From Nemertoderma westbladi (Eukaryota > Animalia > Xenacoelomorpha): a stretch of DNA of 64,000 nucleotides. Made by a program: the position numbers and the translations under genes. The stretch spans positions 1 to 64,000 of the forward strand of contig JAUCBJ010009088.1 in NCBI GenBank assembly GCA_032718475.1, given 5' to 3'. The first letter of the stretch is position 1; the number at the start of each line of letters is the position of its first letter. Shown piece by piece: positions 1-12,600 of the stretch. The notes beneath the pieces were generated by a model. It was given only the letters and a program-made list of their open reading frames with translations. It made no database searches and had not been told where the DNA came from.

Positions 1-1524
1 AGTAACTCACCCATTTCAAAAGGAACTCACTCCTTAACCACCCCAGTAACCTAGTAACTCACCCATTTATAAAGTAACTCACCCATTTATAAAGTAACTC
101 ACCCATTTATAAAGTAACTCACCCATTTATAAAGTAACTCACCCATTTATAAAGTAACTTATATATTTCTAATGGATCTCACCCATTTATAAGGGAACTC
201 ACCCATTTATAAAGTAACTCACCCATTTATAAAGTAACTCACCCATTTATAAAGTAACTCACCCATTTCTAAAGTAACTCACCCATTTCAAAAGGAACTC
301 ACCCCTTAACCACCCCAGTAACCTAGTAACTCACCAATTTATAAAGTAACTCACCCATTTATAAAGTAACTCACCCATTTATAAAGTAACTTATATATTT
401 CTAATGGGTTTCACCCATTTCTAAAGTAACTCACCCATTTCAAAAGGAACTCACTCCTTAACCACCCCAGTAACCTAGTAACTCACCCATTTATAAAGTA
501 ACTCACCCATTTATAAAGTAACTCACCCATTTATAAAGTAACTCACCCATTTATAAAGTAACTCACCCATTTATAAAGTAACTTATATATTTCTAATGGA
601 TCTCACCCATTTATAAGGGAACTCACCCATTTATAAAGTAACTCACCGATTTATAAAGTAACTCACCCATTTATAAAGTAACTCACCCATTTATAAAGTA
701 ACTCACCAATTTATAAAGTAACTCACCCATTTATAAAGTAACTCACCCATTTATAAAGTAACTTATATATTTCTAATGGATCTCACCCATTTATAAGGGA
801 ACTCACCCATTTATAAATTAACTCACCCATTTCTAAAGTAACTTATATATTTCTAATGGGTTTCACCCATTTCTAAAGTAACTCACCCATTTCAAAAGGA
901 ACTCACCCCTTAACCACCCTAGTAACCTAGTAACTCACCAATTTATAAAGTAAAAAAAAAACAAAAAAAAAGTAACTCAAACCTTTATCACCCTAGTAAC
1001 CTAGTATCCTAGTAACTCACCCATTTATAAGGGAACTCACCCCTTTATCACCCTAGTAACCTAGTAATTCACCCCTTTATCACCCTAGTTACCTAGTAAC
1101 TCACCCATTTATAAAGTAACTCACCCATTTATAAAGTAACTCACCCCTTAATCACCCTAGTAACCTAGTAACTCACCCATTTATAAAGTAACTCACCCAT
1201 TTATAAAGTAACTCACCCATTTATAAAGTAACTCACCCATTTATAAAGTAACTCACCCATTTATAAAGTAACTCACCCATTTATAAAGTAACTCACCCCT
1301 TAATCACCCTAGTAACCTAGTAACTCACCCATTTATAAAGTAACTCACCCCTTTATCACTCTAGTAACCTAGAAACCCAGTAACTCACCCATTTATAAGG
1401 GAACTCAACCCTTTATCACCCTAGTAACCTAGTAACTCACCCATTTATCACCCTAGTAACTCACCCATTAATAAAATAACTCACCCCTTTATCACCCTAG
1501 GAACCTCGTAACCTAGGAACTCAC
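1..1524. repeat. Tandem array, ~20-bp unit (agtaactcacccatttataa) with longer variants; minus strand carries G|GTGAGT donor-like motif in most units
   Basis: Unit read directly; array abuts the GTGAGT donor (1519-1524) of the exon at 1525-1641; runs off the window start. Confidence 0.95.
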
Positions 1525-1641
1525 CCTTGACTCCTTTTTGTCCACTTTCACCAACGGATCCATCATTTCCATCGACGCCTTTCTCTCCCGGACTACCCGA
1601 ATCGCCTTGGTAACCACGCGAACCATCCACACCGGGTTTAC
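1525..1641 (-). CDS. Collagen exon (117 nt, phase 1-1): GKPGVDGSRGYQGDSGSPGEKGVDGNDGSVGESGQKGVKG
   Basis: Uninterrupted Gly-X-Y; ttgcag| acceptor and |gtgagt donor; length is 13 x 9 nt. Confidence 0.92.
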
Positions 1642-1679
1642 CTGCAATCAATCAATCATGTTAATAATAAAAGTTCATC

Positions 1680-2139
1680 GCTGTCTAACAATTAGGTAAG
1701 AGGTAGAGCATTCAGTAGTTTCAGTACCCCTCTACGGGAGTCCATGCTGGGCTCTAACTGCTGAGGACACCAAATCTCTGGATGGCACATTCACAAGAAT
1801 GCTACGCCGGGTACATTGTGTCAAGTACAATGCACACATCTCCAACCAGACACTATATAACATTGGAGGTGTCTCATTGGTTCCCCCAAGCTTGACACTA
1901 GAACAAAATCGCCTCCGCTTTGCAGGACATTGCTTTCGCCGTGAGGACCAGCCAGAGTGCATAATCTTGTACTTTGGCAGCCTCATGGAGTGAATAAGCA
2001 TGGTGGACAGCCCATGACTTTCTTGAGACGCATCTTAAAGGACACTGGCCTTAAAGATGCGGATGATCTAGCAAATGTCATGGGTGATAGGGAGTTGTGG
2101 CGGTGCAATTTTGTTGACAAGCCGGCACAGCATTCTTAA
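1680..2139 (+). mobile_element. RTE-clade LINE 3' fragment (degenerate)
   Basis: ORF pieces RLRFAGHCFRR and LVLWQPHG...ILKDTGL...MGDRELWR match the RTE C-terminal region and resemble the element at 46.2-49.3 kb. Confidence 0.75.
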
Positions 2140-2389
2140 AAATGCAGCTGCAATGCAGCATGCCGATCCTAGTAGAGCATTCAGTGTTGTGGTGTGTCAA
2201 GTAGAAATGTATAGTATGAAAAAAAGGCGTTCTGAGAAAAACGAATCTAAAGTTTTATGATAATGTTTACTTTTCTTCTTGAAAGATCCTATGGGGCTAG
2301 AACGACAGCTTCTGACTCAAAATTTTACGAGGAATCCGAAAATTTTGATTTAAACCACGTAGAGGCAATCCTTTGTTCGCAAATATATA

Positions 2390-2875
2390 ATGACAGACAG
2401 ATTGGCAAAATGACGGACAGTCAGACAGACAGTTTAGATTTCATGAAATGTGAAAACTGACATCAGAAATGAAATCACGAACCCGAGAAACCCCATAGCG
2501 AGAATTGTAGTTAGTTTGTATGTTTTCTTAATGTTTGACGGCAGTCTGACAAAAAGACGGACAGACAGACAGGCGGACAGGCTGTATAGATTACATAAAA
2601 TGTAAAAACTGATATTGGATATGAAATCACGAACCCGGAAAACCTCTTTAGCGAGAATTTTAGTTAGTTAGTATGCTTTTTTAATGATTGACAGACAGTC
2701 TGACAAAAAAGACAGACAGACAGACAAACGGACAGACAGTATATATTACGGGAAATGTGAAAGCTGACATCGGAAATGTAATCACGAACCCAAAAACCTT
2801 TATAGCGAAAATTTCAGTTAGCCTGTATTCTTTCAGAAAGTATGACAGACAAACAGACCGACAGACAGAAATATG
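2390..2875. repeat. Three diverged ~154-bp tandem units with (GACA)n tracts, probably inside a non-autonomous transposon
   Basis: aaatcacgaaccc recurs at ~2471, ~2624 and ~2779 with shared flanks. Confidence 0.6.
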
Positions 2876-3369
2876 AATGGATGTCTTTTTATTATGTCGT
2901 TTTGAACTGTTTTAAAGAAATTATGAGCGATTACCCTTTAGTTTTCGTAAAATTACTCCAAAATGGAAAATGATAGAAGATAAGTGTTATATACCACTAG
3001 ATAGCCCGAAAAAGTATCTATCAGAAGCGACCATAACAAATCGATTTTTCTGATACTATACGTTTCTACTTAAGTTATATGATATTCTCGAGTATAAAAC
3101 ACCCACCCAACACTGTAGGTTATTAGGACTTTAGTTAGAAACATCTACACATTACTTGATAATCATGAAGAAAAATAATGTTATTGGTGAGCGTGTGAAA
3201 CAACAACCGCGGGACACTGTATGGCCCTCTAAAACTCAGCATCAACTATCAGAAACAATGATCCTATTAACTTGCCAATACTACTGTCGCATGAGTTATC
3301 AACATCTTCAGTAATACAACTTTGTTAAGAATTTCATTATATATTCAGTTACTGGAACGTAAAGTGATC

Positions 3370-3688
3370 GCTAAACGTGTGAAACACGAACCACCGGAGG
3401 CAACCCAAAGGTTCCTCGCTCTTGGCTGTTACCTATAAAGCAGGAAGGGCGCGTGCGACACTAACTGCCAAGAGTGAACACTCCATGAATAACCAACCCT
3501 TTCTTTACGCCTCCAGGAGAATCCAGGTTCCCATTGTACCGTCGGATATGCATAAGCACTAATGCCTAAGGTGTCCCGCTTAGGAAACAAAAGTGCGAAA
3601 TTTATACTGCCTTTAGTCGGAATTGAACCTGCGTGACCAAATATTATTGTCAAAGCATGTCAGGCGCTTTATCCACTCGGACACGCTT
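3370..3688 (-). mobile_element. tRNA-derived SINE
   Basis: Minus strand head GTGTCCGAGTGGATAAAGCGCCTGAC...GGTTCAATTCC gives Pol III A- and B-box-like motifs; 3' boundary approximate. Confidence 0.55.
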
Positions 3689-3698
3689 CGCGACTCAC

Positions 3699-3857
3699 CA
3701 GTTCCACCTTTCGGCCCAATCTCCCCAGTTGCCCCGGTCGCTCCCGTATCACCTAGATACCCGTTATTGCCGGGGTCACCTTTTAGTAGCGTCGCAGCTG
3801 CTGGTCCGATCCAATCGCCGATCTTCCCTTTATCCCCCTTCTCTTGCGACCGGGGTC
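3699..3857 (-). CDS. Collagen exon (159 nt, phase 1-1) with triple-helix interruptions: GPRSQEKGDKGKIGDWIGPAAATLLKGDPGNNGYLGDTGATGATGEIGPKGGTG
   Basis: cag| acceptor, |gtgagt donor, Gly-X-Y with imperfections; phases match both neighbours. Confidence 0.9.
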
Positions 3858-4151
3858 CTGTCCATAAAAAATAATTTACAATTAAATAATACTATATCAA
3901 CGAAAAGTGTGTAAATTAAATAAACTCTGCGTGGAATTAAAAATTAGCATTATAAACGGCACAAATATTACTGTACGACGATATTTTCCAAAAGTTATGA
4001 GTAATTCTATGCGAATACCATCGAGTAAATCTTTCCAAAGTTAATAATTAATATAAAACATCCACTATTCTTCCATTTTTCTTAATAATTAATCAACACA
4101 CATTTTCAGATTAAGGAGTTACAATCTCTTAGCATATAGAGTAACGCTTAC

Positions 4152-4299
4152 CTTGCCTCCCCCAAGTTCCCCTATCACCAATATCTCCAGTAATACCTTG
4201 ACTTCCACTTCCACCAGTATCTCCAATACCCCCTTGACGACCCTGTCTACCTTTAGCGCCTTTTATATCGCTCGCTTGACCTTTCCCGCCTTTGTAGCC
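4152..4299 (-). CDS. Collagen exon (148 nt, phase 0-1): GYKGGKGQASDIKGAKGRQGRQGGIGDTGGSGSQGITGDIGDRGTWGRQG
   Basis: tttag| acceptor, |gtaagc donor; phase-0 start matches the phase-0 end of exon 16375-16607. Confidence 0.9.
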
Positions 4300-4361
4300 C
4301 TAAATGCAAAACGAAAGGAGTATCTCTCCGCAACAAATTAATTATAGCGAAATAATTCACT

Positions 4362-4835
4362 AAACTTACTATATAATGACTTACTTTATCTCCCTAAACT
4401 TACTATAATATAATGACTTACTTTATCTCCCTAAACTTACTATATATAATGACTTACTTTACCTCCATAAACTTACTATATAATGACTTACTTTACCTCC
4501 ATAAACTTACTATATAATGACTTACTTTACCTCCATAAACGTACTATATAATGAATTACTTTACCTCCATAAACTTACTATATAATGACTTACTTTATCT
4601 CCCTAAACTTACTATATAATGACTTACTTTACCTCCATAAACTTACTATATAATGACTTACTTTACCTCCATAAACTTACTATATAATGACTTACTTTAC
4701 CTCCATAAACGTACTATATAATGACTTACTTTACCTCCATAAACTTACTATATAATGACTTACTTTACCTCCATAAACTTACTATATAATGACTTACTTT
4801 ACCTCCATAAACTTACTATATAATGACTTACTTTA
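4362..4835. repeat. ~34-bp AT-rich tandem array, left part (gacttactttatctccctaaacttactatataat)
   Basis: Unit read directly; same array resumes at 7838 after the LINE insertion. Confidence 0.95.
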
Positions 4836-7830
4836 GTAGTAGTAGTAGTAGTTCCGGGAAAGCGGCCCGGCCCTGTATTCGATAAACAATATTAAAATGC
4901 ACAATATAATTATGATTACCTACGCTAAAAACTACAATCTACTGCATTATCTCGCGATAAACGTACAAGAAGAACTTATTTTTCGTCTATCGAGAGAAAT
5001 TCATTTATAATTTAATATTTGTGTGAAAGAAAATAAATGTACCTGTGAACAGAAATAACTGCCAGATTTATTGAGTTTCAATTAAGTGTTGCTTTAGTGC
5101 CTTCTTGAACATTTGGGCAGAGCCTTTGAACCGTTGCAAACTGTCAGGAAGTTCATTCCATAAATTAAGACCCCTGTATAGTAATTGTGAGCGAGCAAAA
5201 TTAGTACGTGGTGATGGTAATCTATAATGGAATTGCTGTCTAGTTTTCCGTCCGTGAATACTGATATTAGTTACCATTTTTGTCTTAAAATTTTTGGGTA
5301 CAAAACAGTAGTTCATGCGGTAGTTGTATATCGTTTTCAAACTGAGGAATTTGTACATTGCATTAATTTTAAGAAATTTATGATTTGAAAAAATTGATTG
5401 TGTTGGGTGTCGGTATGGTTTTAATTCAACGATGCGGACAGCTTTCTTTTGTAGCCGGACTAGAGGATTAAGAGTGCTGTCATTAATATTACAATTACCC
5501 CAAACAGTTAAAGCATACGATATATAAGGTTCTACCAATGTATTATATACGAGCTTCCAATCTGTATTGGAACGAAATGCTTGATCTTATTTATTACACC
5601 TACGTTTTTTGATACTTTTATGCGAATATTTTGTATATGTAAATGCCATGAGAAATTTGATTGGAGGTGAATACCAAGAAATTTAATATTTTCAGTATAG
5701 TTTATTGTTCGCCCATCGATTTTGACCCCTGTGTTTTTTGGATTATATGGCTTCATTGAGAACACCATATATTTTGTTTTATCGAGATTTAAAGATAGTT
5801 TATTTAAGCAAATCCATTGATATATTTTATGTATTTCTTTGTTTATTGTTGATATCAGATCATGTACGTTTTCGCCTGAAATAAATAAGTTTGTATCACC
5901 AGCGAAGAGTATGAAATTGACGATTTTTGTGGAATTTGAGATGTCATTTATGTAAATTAAAAATAAAATTGGGCCAAGGACAGACCCCTGCGGAACTCCA
6001 CATATCACATCAAGTGTATCTGAAATTGTTCCATTTAAATCAACGTATTGGGTTCGATTGTGGAGATAACTGGAAAACCATGCTAATGGGGTTCCGCATA
6101 CACCGTAATGCTCAAGTTTTTTTAATAGGATTTAATGATTAACTGTATCAAAGGCTTTGCTAAAATCCAAGAAAACACCAAGTGTAAGATGTTTATTTTC
6201 AATAGCATCTGACAAATTAGATTGCAGGAGAGTGAGAGCTGTTATAGTTGATTTTTCCGATTGAAATCCGAACTGATTTTCATAAATAATATAATTTTTT
6301 ATCATGAAGTTTACGAATTGTCGAGAAACAGCCTTTTCTAGAATTTTCGAAAAAAATGGGAGTATACTTATAGGACGGTAGTTTCCAAATTGATCGGCGT
6401 TACTATGTTTGAAAATAGGTACAATTCTTGCGACTTTCATTAGATCTGGGAATACTCCCAGAGATAATGATTGATTAAGGATGTGTGTCAATGGATGGGT
6501 TATGTAGAGAAAGTTTTGCCAAGCGATTTGAGAATCAACACCGTCCGAACTCAAGGCTTTTGAATTGGTTATTGATGAGGCAATATCATATACATCTTTA
6601 GTACTTAGTGGTGAAAAGTATAGTGAGGATGCGGTTTGGTTACCTAGGGTATCATATATGGAACCATTAGTATTAGGAATATTTTTCGCTAAGTTTGGAC
6701 CTACATTACGATAAAAGTTTTGAATCCATTTGCAATCGCTGTGTTATTCCTAATTGACGAATTGTTTACTGTAAATGTATCAGGATAGTTTTGAGGCGAG
6801 CATGAGGCTCGGGGATTTATAAGTGTTTTTATTATTTTCCAGGTTTTCATCGTATTATTTCCAAGAATATTAAATAATTTCTCAAAATAAGCTTTTTTTG
6901 CATTCCTAATTATTTTAGTAAGTTGGTTTTTATAAGCCGTATATTCGATTTTTTTGCTTAGAGATCTGCTATTAATGTATTTTGCATATAGTGCATGCTT
7001 ACGTTTGAAACATTTATAAATACTTTCAGATAGCCAAGGTTTATCGCTATTTATTATTTTAATTTTTTTAGTGGGAAAACATTTGTTATATAGCTTCTGA
7101 TATATTTCAATAAACGTATTGTAAGCAATATTGGGGTCACTTTCTTGCGTAACTTCTTCCCAGCCTCCATTGTTAAAAGTTTGTTTAAGGATCTCCACAA
7201 ATTTTTTACTGTTTGTTTCTGATCTATCCGTAACTAAGATGTAAGATGGTTTACTATGTTTACTGGGAATTGTTATTTCAGAATTGACAAATATGGGTAG
7301 TAGATGGTCAGATAAACTGGCTACAATTATTCCAGATTTACGAATGTTTGTAATATCGTTTGTTATGATATTATCAATACAGGTTGCAGTAGTTTCTGTT
7401 ATACGAGTTGGTTTGGTAATAACAGGATAAAAAAACTATTCTGATAGTAGTTCAAAAAAATCAGTTGGTTGTTTATGGATATTAACTCCTAACATATCTA
7501 TGTTAAAGTCGCCAAGAAGGTAACAAATTTTATTTTCTGTATTAATCTGTTCTAAAATGTGCTTTAATTTCCTTAGAAAGCCAATTACATCTTTTGCAGG
7601 TGGACGATATATACATCCTATGATAATATTTTTTGCATTTTCTCGATCCCACTCGGCAAAAACTGACTCCAAATCAGGCTCATCTTTCTCGAGATCATGA
7701 CGGGGTTTGCAATTTAAGTTATTGCTTAAATAGAGACTACATCCCCCGCTACGCTGATTGGCACGAGTTTTGCTATGGTAAATTTTGTATCCATCCAGCT
7801 GATAGTCATTAAGGTTGTCCTTTTATATTC
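4836..7830 (-). mobile_element. 5'-truncated CR1/L2-group LINE with frameshifted ORF2 (APE endonuclease + RT)
   Basis: CIYRPP and LLGDFNID (APE); YRPISILP, FLDFSKAFDTVNH, GVPQGSVLGPILFLIYIND (RT); (ACT)n 3' tail at 4836-4852; inserted inside the 34-bp array. Confidence 0.9.
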
Positions 7831-7837
7831 AGTTAGT

Positions 7838-9402
7838 AAACTTACTATATAATGACTTACTTAATCTCCCTAAACTTACTATATAATGACTTACTTAATC
7901 TCCCTAAACTTACTATAATATAATGACTTACTTTATCTCCCTAAACTTACTATATATAATGACTTACTCCCTAAACTTAGTATATAATGACTTACTTAAT
8001 CTCCCTAAACTTACTATAATATAATGACTTACTTAATCTCAGTAAACTTACTATATATAATGACTTACTTTATCTCCCTAAACTTACTATATAATGACTT
8101 ACTTTATCTCCCTAAACTTACTATATATAATGACTTACTTTATCTCCCTAAACCTACTATATATAATGACATACTTTATCTCCCTAAACTTACTATATAT
8201 AATGACTTACTTAATCTCCATAAACTTACTATATAATGACTTACTTAATCTCCCTAAACTTACTATAATATAATGACTTACTTTATCTCCCTAAACTTAC
8301 TATATATAATGACTTACTCCCTAAACTTAGTATATAATGACTTACTTAATCTCCCTAAACTTACTATAATATAATGACTTACTTAATCTCAGTAAACTTA
8401 CTATATATAATGACTTACTTTATCTCCCTAAACTTACTATATAATGACTTACTTTATCTCCCTAAACTTACTATATATAATGACTTACTTTATCTCCCTA
8501 AACCTACTATATATAATGACATACTTTATCTCCCTAAACTTACTATATAATGACTTACTTTATCTCCCTAAACTTACTATATATAATGACTTACTTTATC
8601 TCCCTAAACCTACTATATATAATGACTTACTTTATCTCCCAAAACTTACTATATAATGACTTACTTTATCTCCCTAAACTTACTATAATATAATGACTTA
8701 CATTATCTCCATAAACTTACTATATAATGACTTACTCCCTAAACTTACTATATAATGACTTACTTTATCTCCCTAAACTTACTATATATAATGACTTACT
8801 CCATAAACTTACTATATAATGACTTACTTTATCTCCCTAAACTTACTATATATAATGACTTACTTTATCTCCCTAAACTTACTATATATAATGACTTACT
8901 TTATCTCCCTAAACTTACTATATAATATGACTTACTTTATCTCCATAAACTTACTATATAATGACTTACTGTATCTCCCTGAACTTACTATATATAATGA
9001 CTTACTTAATCTCCATAAACTTACTATATAATGACTTACTTTATCTCCCTAAACTTACTATAATATAATGACTTACTTTATCTCCCTAAACTTACTATAA
9101 TATAATGACTTACTTTATCTCCCTAAACTTACTATATAATGACTTACTTTATCTCCCTGAACTTACTATATAATGACTTACTTTATCTCCCTAAAATTAC
9201 TATATATAATGACTTACTTTATCTCCCTAAACTTACTATATAATGACTTACTCTATCTCCTTAAACTTACTATATAATGACTTACTTTATCTCCCTAAAC
9301 TTACTATATATAATGACTTACTCCCTAAACTTACTATATAATGACTTACTCTATCTCCTTAAACTTACTATATAATGACTTACTTTATCTCCATAAACTT
9401 GC
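7838..9402. repeat. ~34-bp AT-rich tandem array, right part
   Basis: Same unit as 4362-4835; minus strand reads gtaagtttag-GGAGATAAA-gtaagt. Confidence 0.95.
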
Positions 9403-9677
9403 TGTATTTACTTGAAGTTCATTCGACATCCCCACCTCTCCGCTTGAGAAAAAAGCTGCGAAGCTTTAGGGATAATCCTATATGTTATGTTATGTTGTAC
9501 AATACCTATATTGCTTGGAGTATTTGTTATTGTTTTCACGTAATGTATAAATAAAGCTATTCGCCAACAATAAACTTCACGATTTTCTTTACGCCCAAAC
9601 TTACTTTATGCTTCACACTTACTTTACGTAACCGCCATTCTCGAAATATCTTGACTTACCTTACATTACGACACTCG

Positions 9678-12600
9678 ACTTACTTTGTATCCGGTCCCCT
9701 TTGATTCCTTTGTTCCCAGTTTCTCCCAGCGACCCACCCAGTGCCTCCAGCAACCCCCTCCCTTCCTCTGTACCCGACTTACTTTGTATCCGTCGTCCCC
9801 TTTGATTCCTTTGTTCCCAGTTTCTCCCAGCGACCCACCCAGTGCCTCCACCCCCCCCCCCTCCCTTCATCTGTACCCGACTTACTTTGTATCCGTCGAC
9901 CCCTTTGATTCCTTTGTTCCCAGTTTCTCCCAGCGACCCACCCAGTGCCTCCAGCAACCCCCTCCCTTCCTCTGTACCCGACTTACTTTGTATCCGTCGT
10001 CCCCTTTGATTCCTTTGTTCCCAGTTTCTCCCAGCGACCCACCCAGTGCCTCCAGCAACCCCCTCCCTTCCTCTGTACCCGACTTACTTTGTATCCGTCG
10101 TCCCCTTTGATTCCTTTGTTCCCAGTTTCTCCCAGCGACCCACCCAGTGCCTCCAGTAACCCCCCCCCCTCCCTTCCCCTGTACCCGACTTACTTTGTAT
10201 CCGTCGTCCCCTTTGATTCCTTTGTTCCCAGTTTCTCCCAGCGACCCACCCAGTGCCTCCAGCAACCCCCCCCCCCCCTTCCTCTGTACCCGACTTAATT
10301 TGTATCCGTCGTCCCCTTTGATTCCTTTGTTCCCAGTTTCTCCCAGCGACCCACCCAGTGCCTCCAGCAACCCCCTCCCTTCCTCTGTACCCGACTTACT
10401 TTGTATCCGTCGTCCCCTTTGATTCCTTTGTTCCCAGTTTCTCCCAGCGACCCACCCAGTGCCTCCAGCAACCCCCCCCCCTTCCTCTGTACCCGACTTA
10501 ATTTGTATCCGTCGTCCCCTTTGATTCCTTTGTTCCCAGTTTCTCCCAGCGACCCACCCAGTGCCTCCAGCAACCCCCTCCCTTCCTCTGTACCCGACTT
10601 ACTTTGTATCCGTCGTCCCCTTTGATTCCTTTGTTCCCAGTTTCTCCCAGCGACCCACCCAGTGCCTCCAGCAACCCCCCCCCCCCTTCCTCTGTACCCG
10701 ACTTAATTTGNNNNNNNNNNNNNNNNNNNNNNNNNNNNNNNNNNNNNNNNNNNNNNNNNNNNNNNNNNNNNNNNNNNNNNNNNNNNNNNNNNNNNNNNNN
10801 NNNNNNNNNNACCCGACTTACTTTGTATCCGTCGTCCCCTTTGATTCCTTTGTTCCCAGTTTCTCCCAGCGACCCACCCAGTGCCTCCAGCAACCCCCTC
10901 CCTTCCTCTGTACCCGACTTACTTTGTATCCGTCGTCCCCTTTGATTCCTTTGTTCCCAGTTTCTCCCAGCGACCCACCCAGTGCCTCCAGCAACCCCCT
11001 CCCTTCCTCTGTACCCGACTTACTTTGTATCCGTCGTCCCCTTTGATTCCTTTGTTCCCAGTTTCTCCCAGCGACCCACCCAGTGCCTCCAGCAACCCCC
11101 TCCCTTCCTCTGTACCCGACTTACTTTGTATCCGTCGTCCCCTTTGATTCCTTTGTTCCCAGTTTCTCCCAGCGACCCACCCAGTGCCTCCAGCAACCCC
11201 CCCTCCCTTCCTCTGTACCCGACTTACTTTGTATCCGTCGTCCCCTTTGATTCCTTTGTTCCCAGTTTCTCCCAGCGACCCACCCAGTGCCTCCAGCAAC
11301 CCCCTCCCTTCCTCTGTACCCGACTTACTTTGTATCCGTCGTCCCCTTTGATTCCTTTGTTCCCAGTTTCTCCCAGCGACCCACCCAGTGCCTCCAGCAA
11401 CCCCCTCCCTTCCTCTGTACCCGACTTACTTTGTATCCGTCGTCCCCTTTGATTCCTTTGTTCCCAGTTTCTCCCAGCGACCCACCCAGTGCCTCCAGCA
11501 ACCCCCTCCCTTCCTCTGTACCCGACTTACTTTGTATCCGTCGTCCCCTTTGATTCCTTTGTTCCCAGTTTCTCCCAGCGACCCACCCAGTGCCTCCAGC
11601 AACCCCCTCCCTTCCCCTGTACCCGACTTACTTTGTATCCGTCGTCCCCTTTGATTCCTTTGTTCCCAGTTTCTCCCAGCGACCCACCCAGTGCCTCCAG
11701 CAACCCCCTCCCTTCCCCTGTACCCGACTTACTTTGTATCCGTCGTCCCCTTTGATTCCTTTGTTCCCAGTTTCTCCCAGCGACCCACCCAGTGCCTCCA
11801 GCAACCCCCTCCCTTCCTCTGTACCCGACTTACTTTGTATCCGTCGTCCCCTTTGATTCCTTTGTTCCCAGTTTCTCCCAGCGACCCACCCAGTGCCTCC
11901 AGCAACCCCCTCCCTTCCTCTGTACCCGACTTACTTTGTATCCGTCGTCCCCTTTGATTCCTTTGTTCCCAGTTTCTCCCAGCGACCCACCCAGTGCCTC
12001 CAGCAACCCCCTCCCTTCCTCTGTACCCGACTTACTTTGTATCCGTCGTCCCCTTTGATTCCTTTGTTCCCAGTTTCTCCCAGCGACCCACCCAGTGCCT
12101 CCAGCAACCCCCTCCCTTCCTCTGTACCCGACTTACTTTGTATCCGTCGTCCCCTTTGATTCCTTTGTTCCCAGTTTCTCCCAGCGACCCACCCAGTGCC
12201 TCCAGCAACCCCCTCCCTTCCTCTGTACCCGACTTACTTTGTATCCGTCGTCCCCTTTGATTCCTTTGTTCCCAGTTTCTCCCAGCGACCCACCCAGTGC
12301 CTCCAGCAACCCCCTCCCTTCCCCTGTACCCGACTTACTTTGTATCCGTCGTCCCCTTTGATTCCTTTGTTCCCAGTTTCTCCCAGCGACCCACCCAGTG
12401 CCTCCAGCAACCCCCTCCCTTCCCCTGTACCCGACTTACTTTGTATCCGTCGTCCCCTTTGATTCCTTTGTTCCCAGTTTCTCCCAGCGACCCACCCAGT
12501 GCCTCCAGCAACCCCCTCCCTTCCTCTGTACCCGACTTACTTTGTATCCGTCGTCCCCTTTGATTCCTTTGTTCCCAGTTTCTCCCAGCGACCCACCCAG

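Noticed and set aside
1-1524. Telomeric repeat
   Set aside because: Only scattered taacc/aacct words inside a 20-bp unit; no (TTAGG)n or (TTAGGG)n run.
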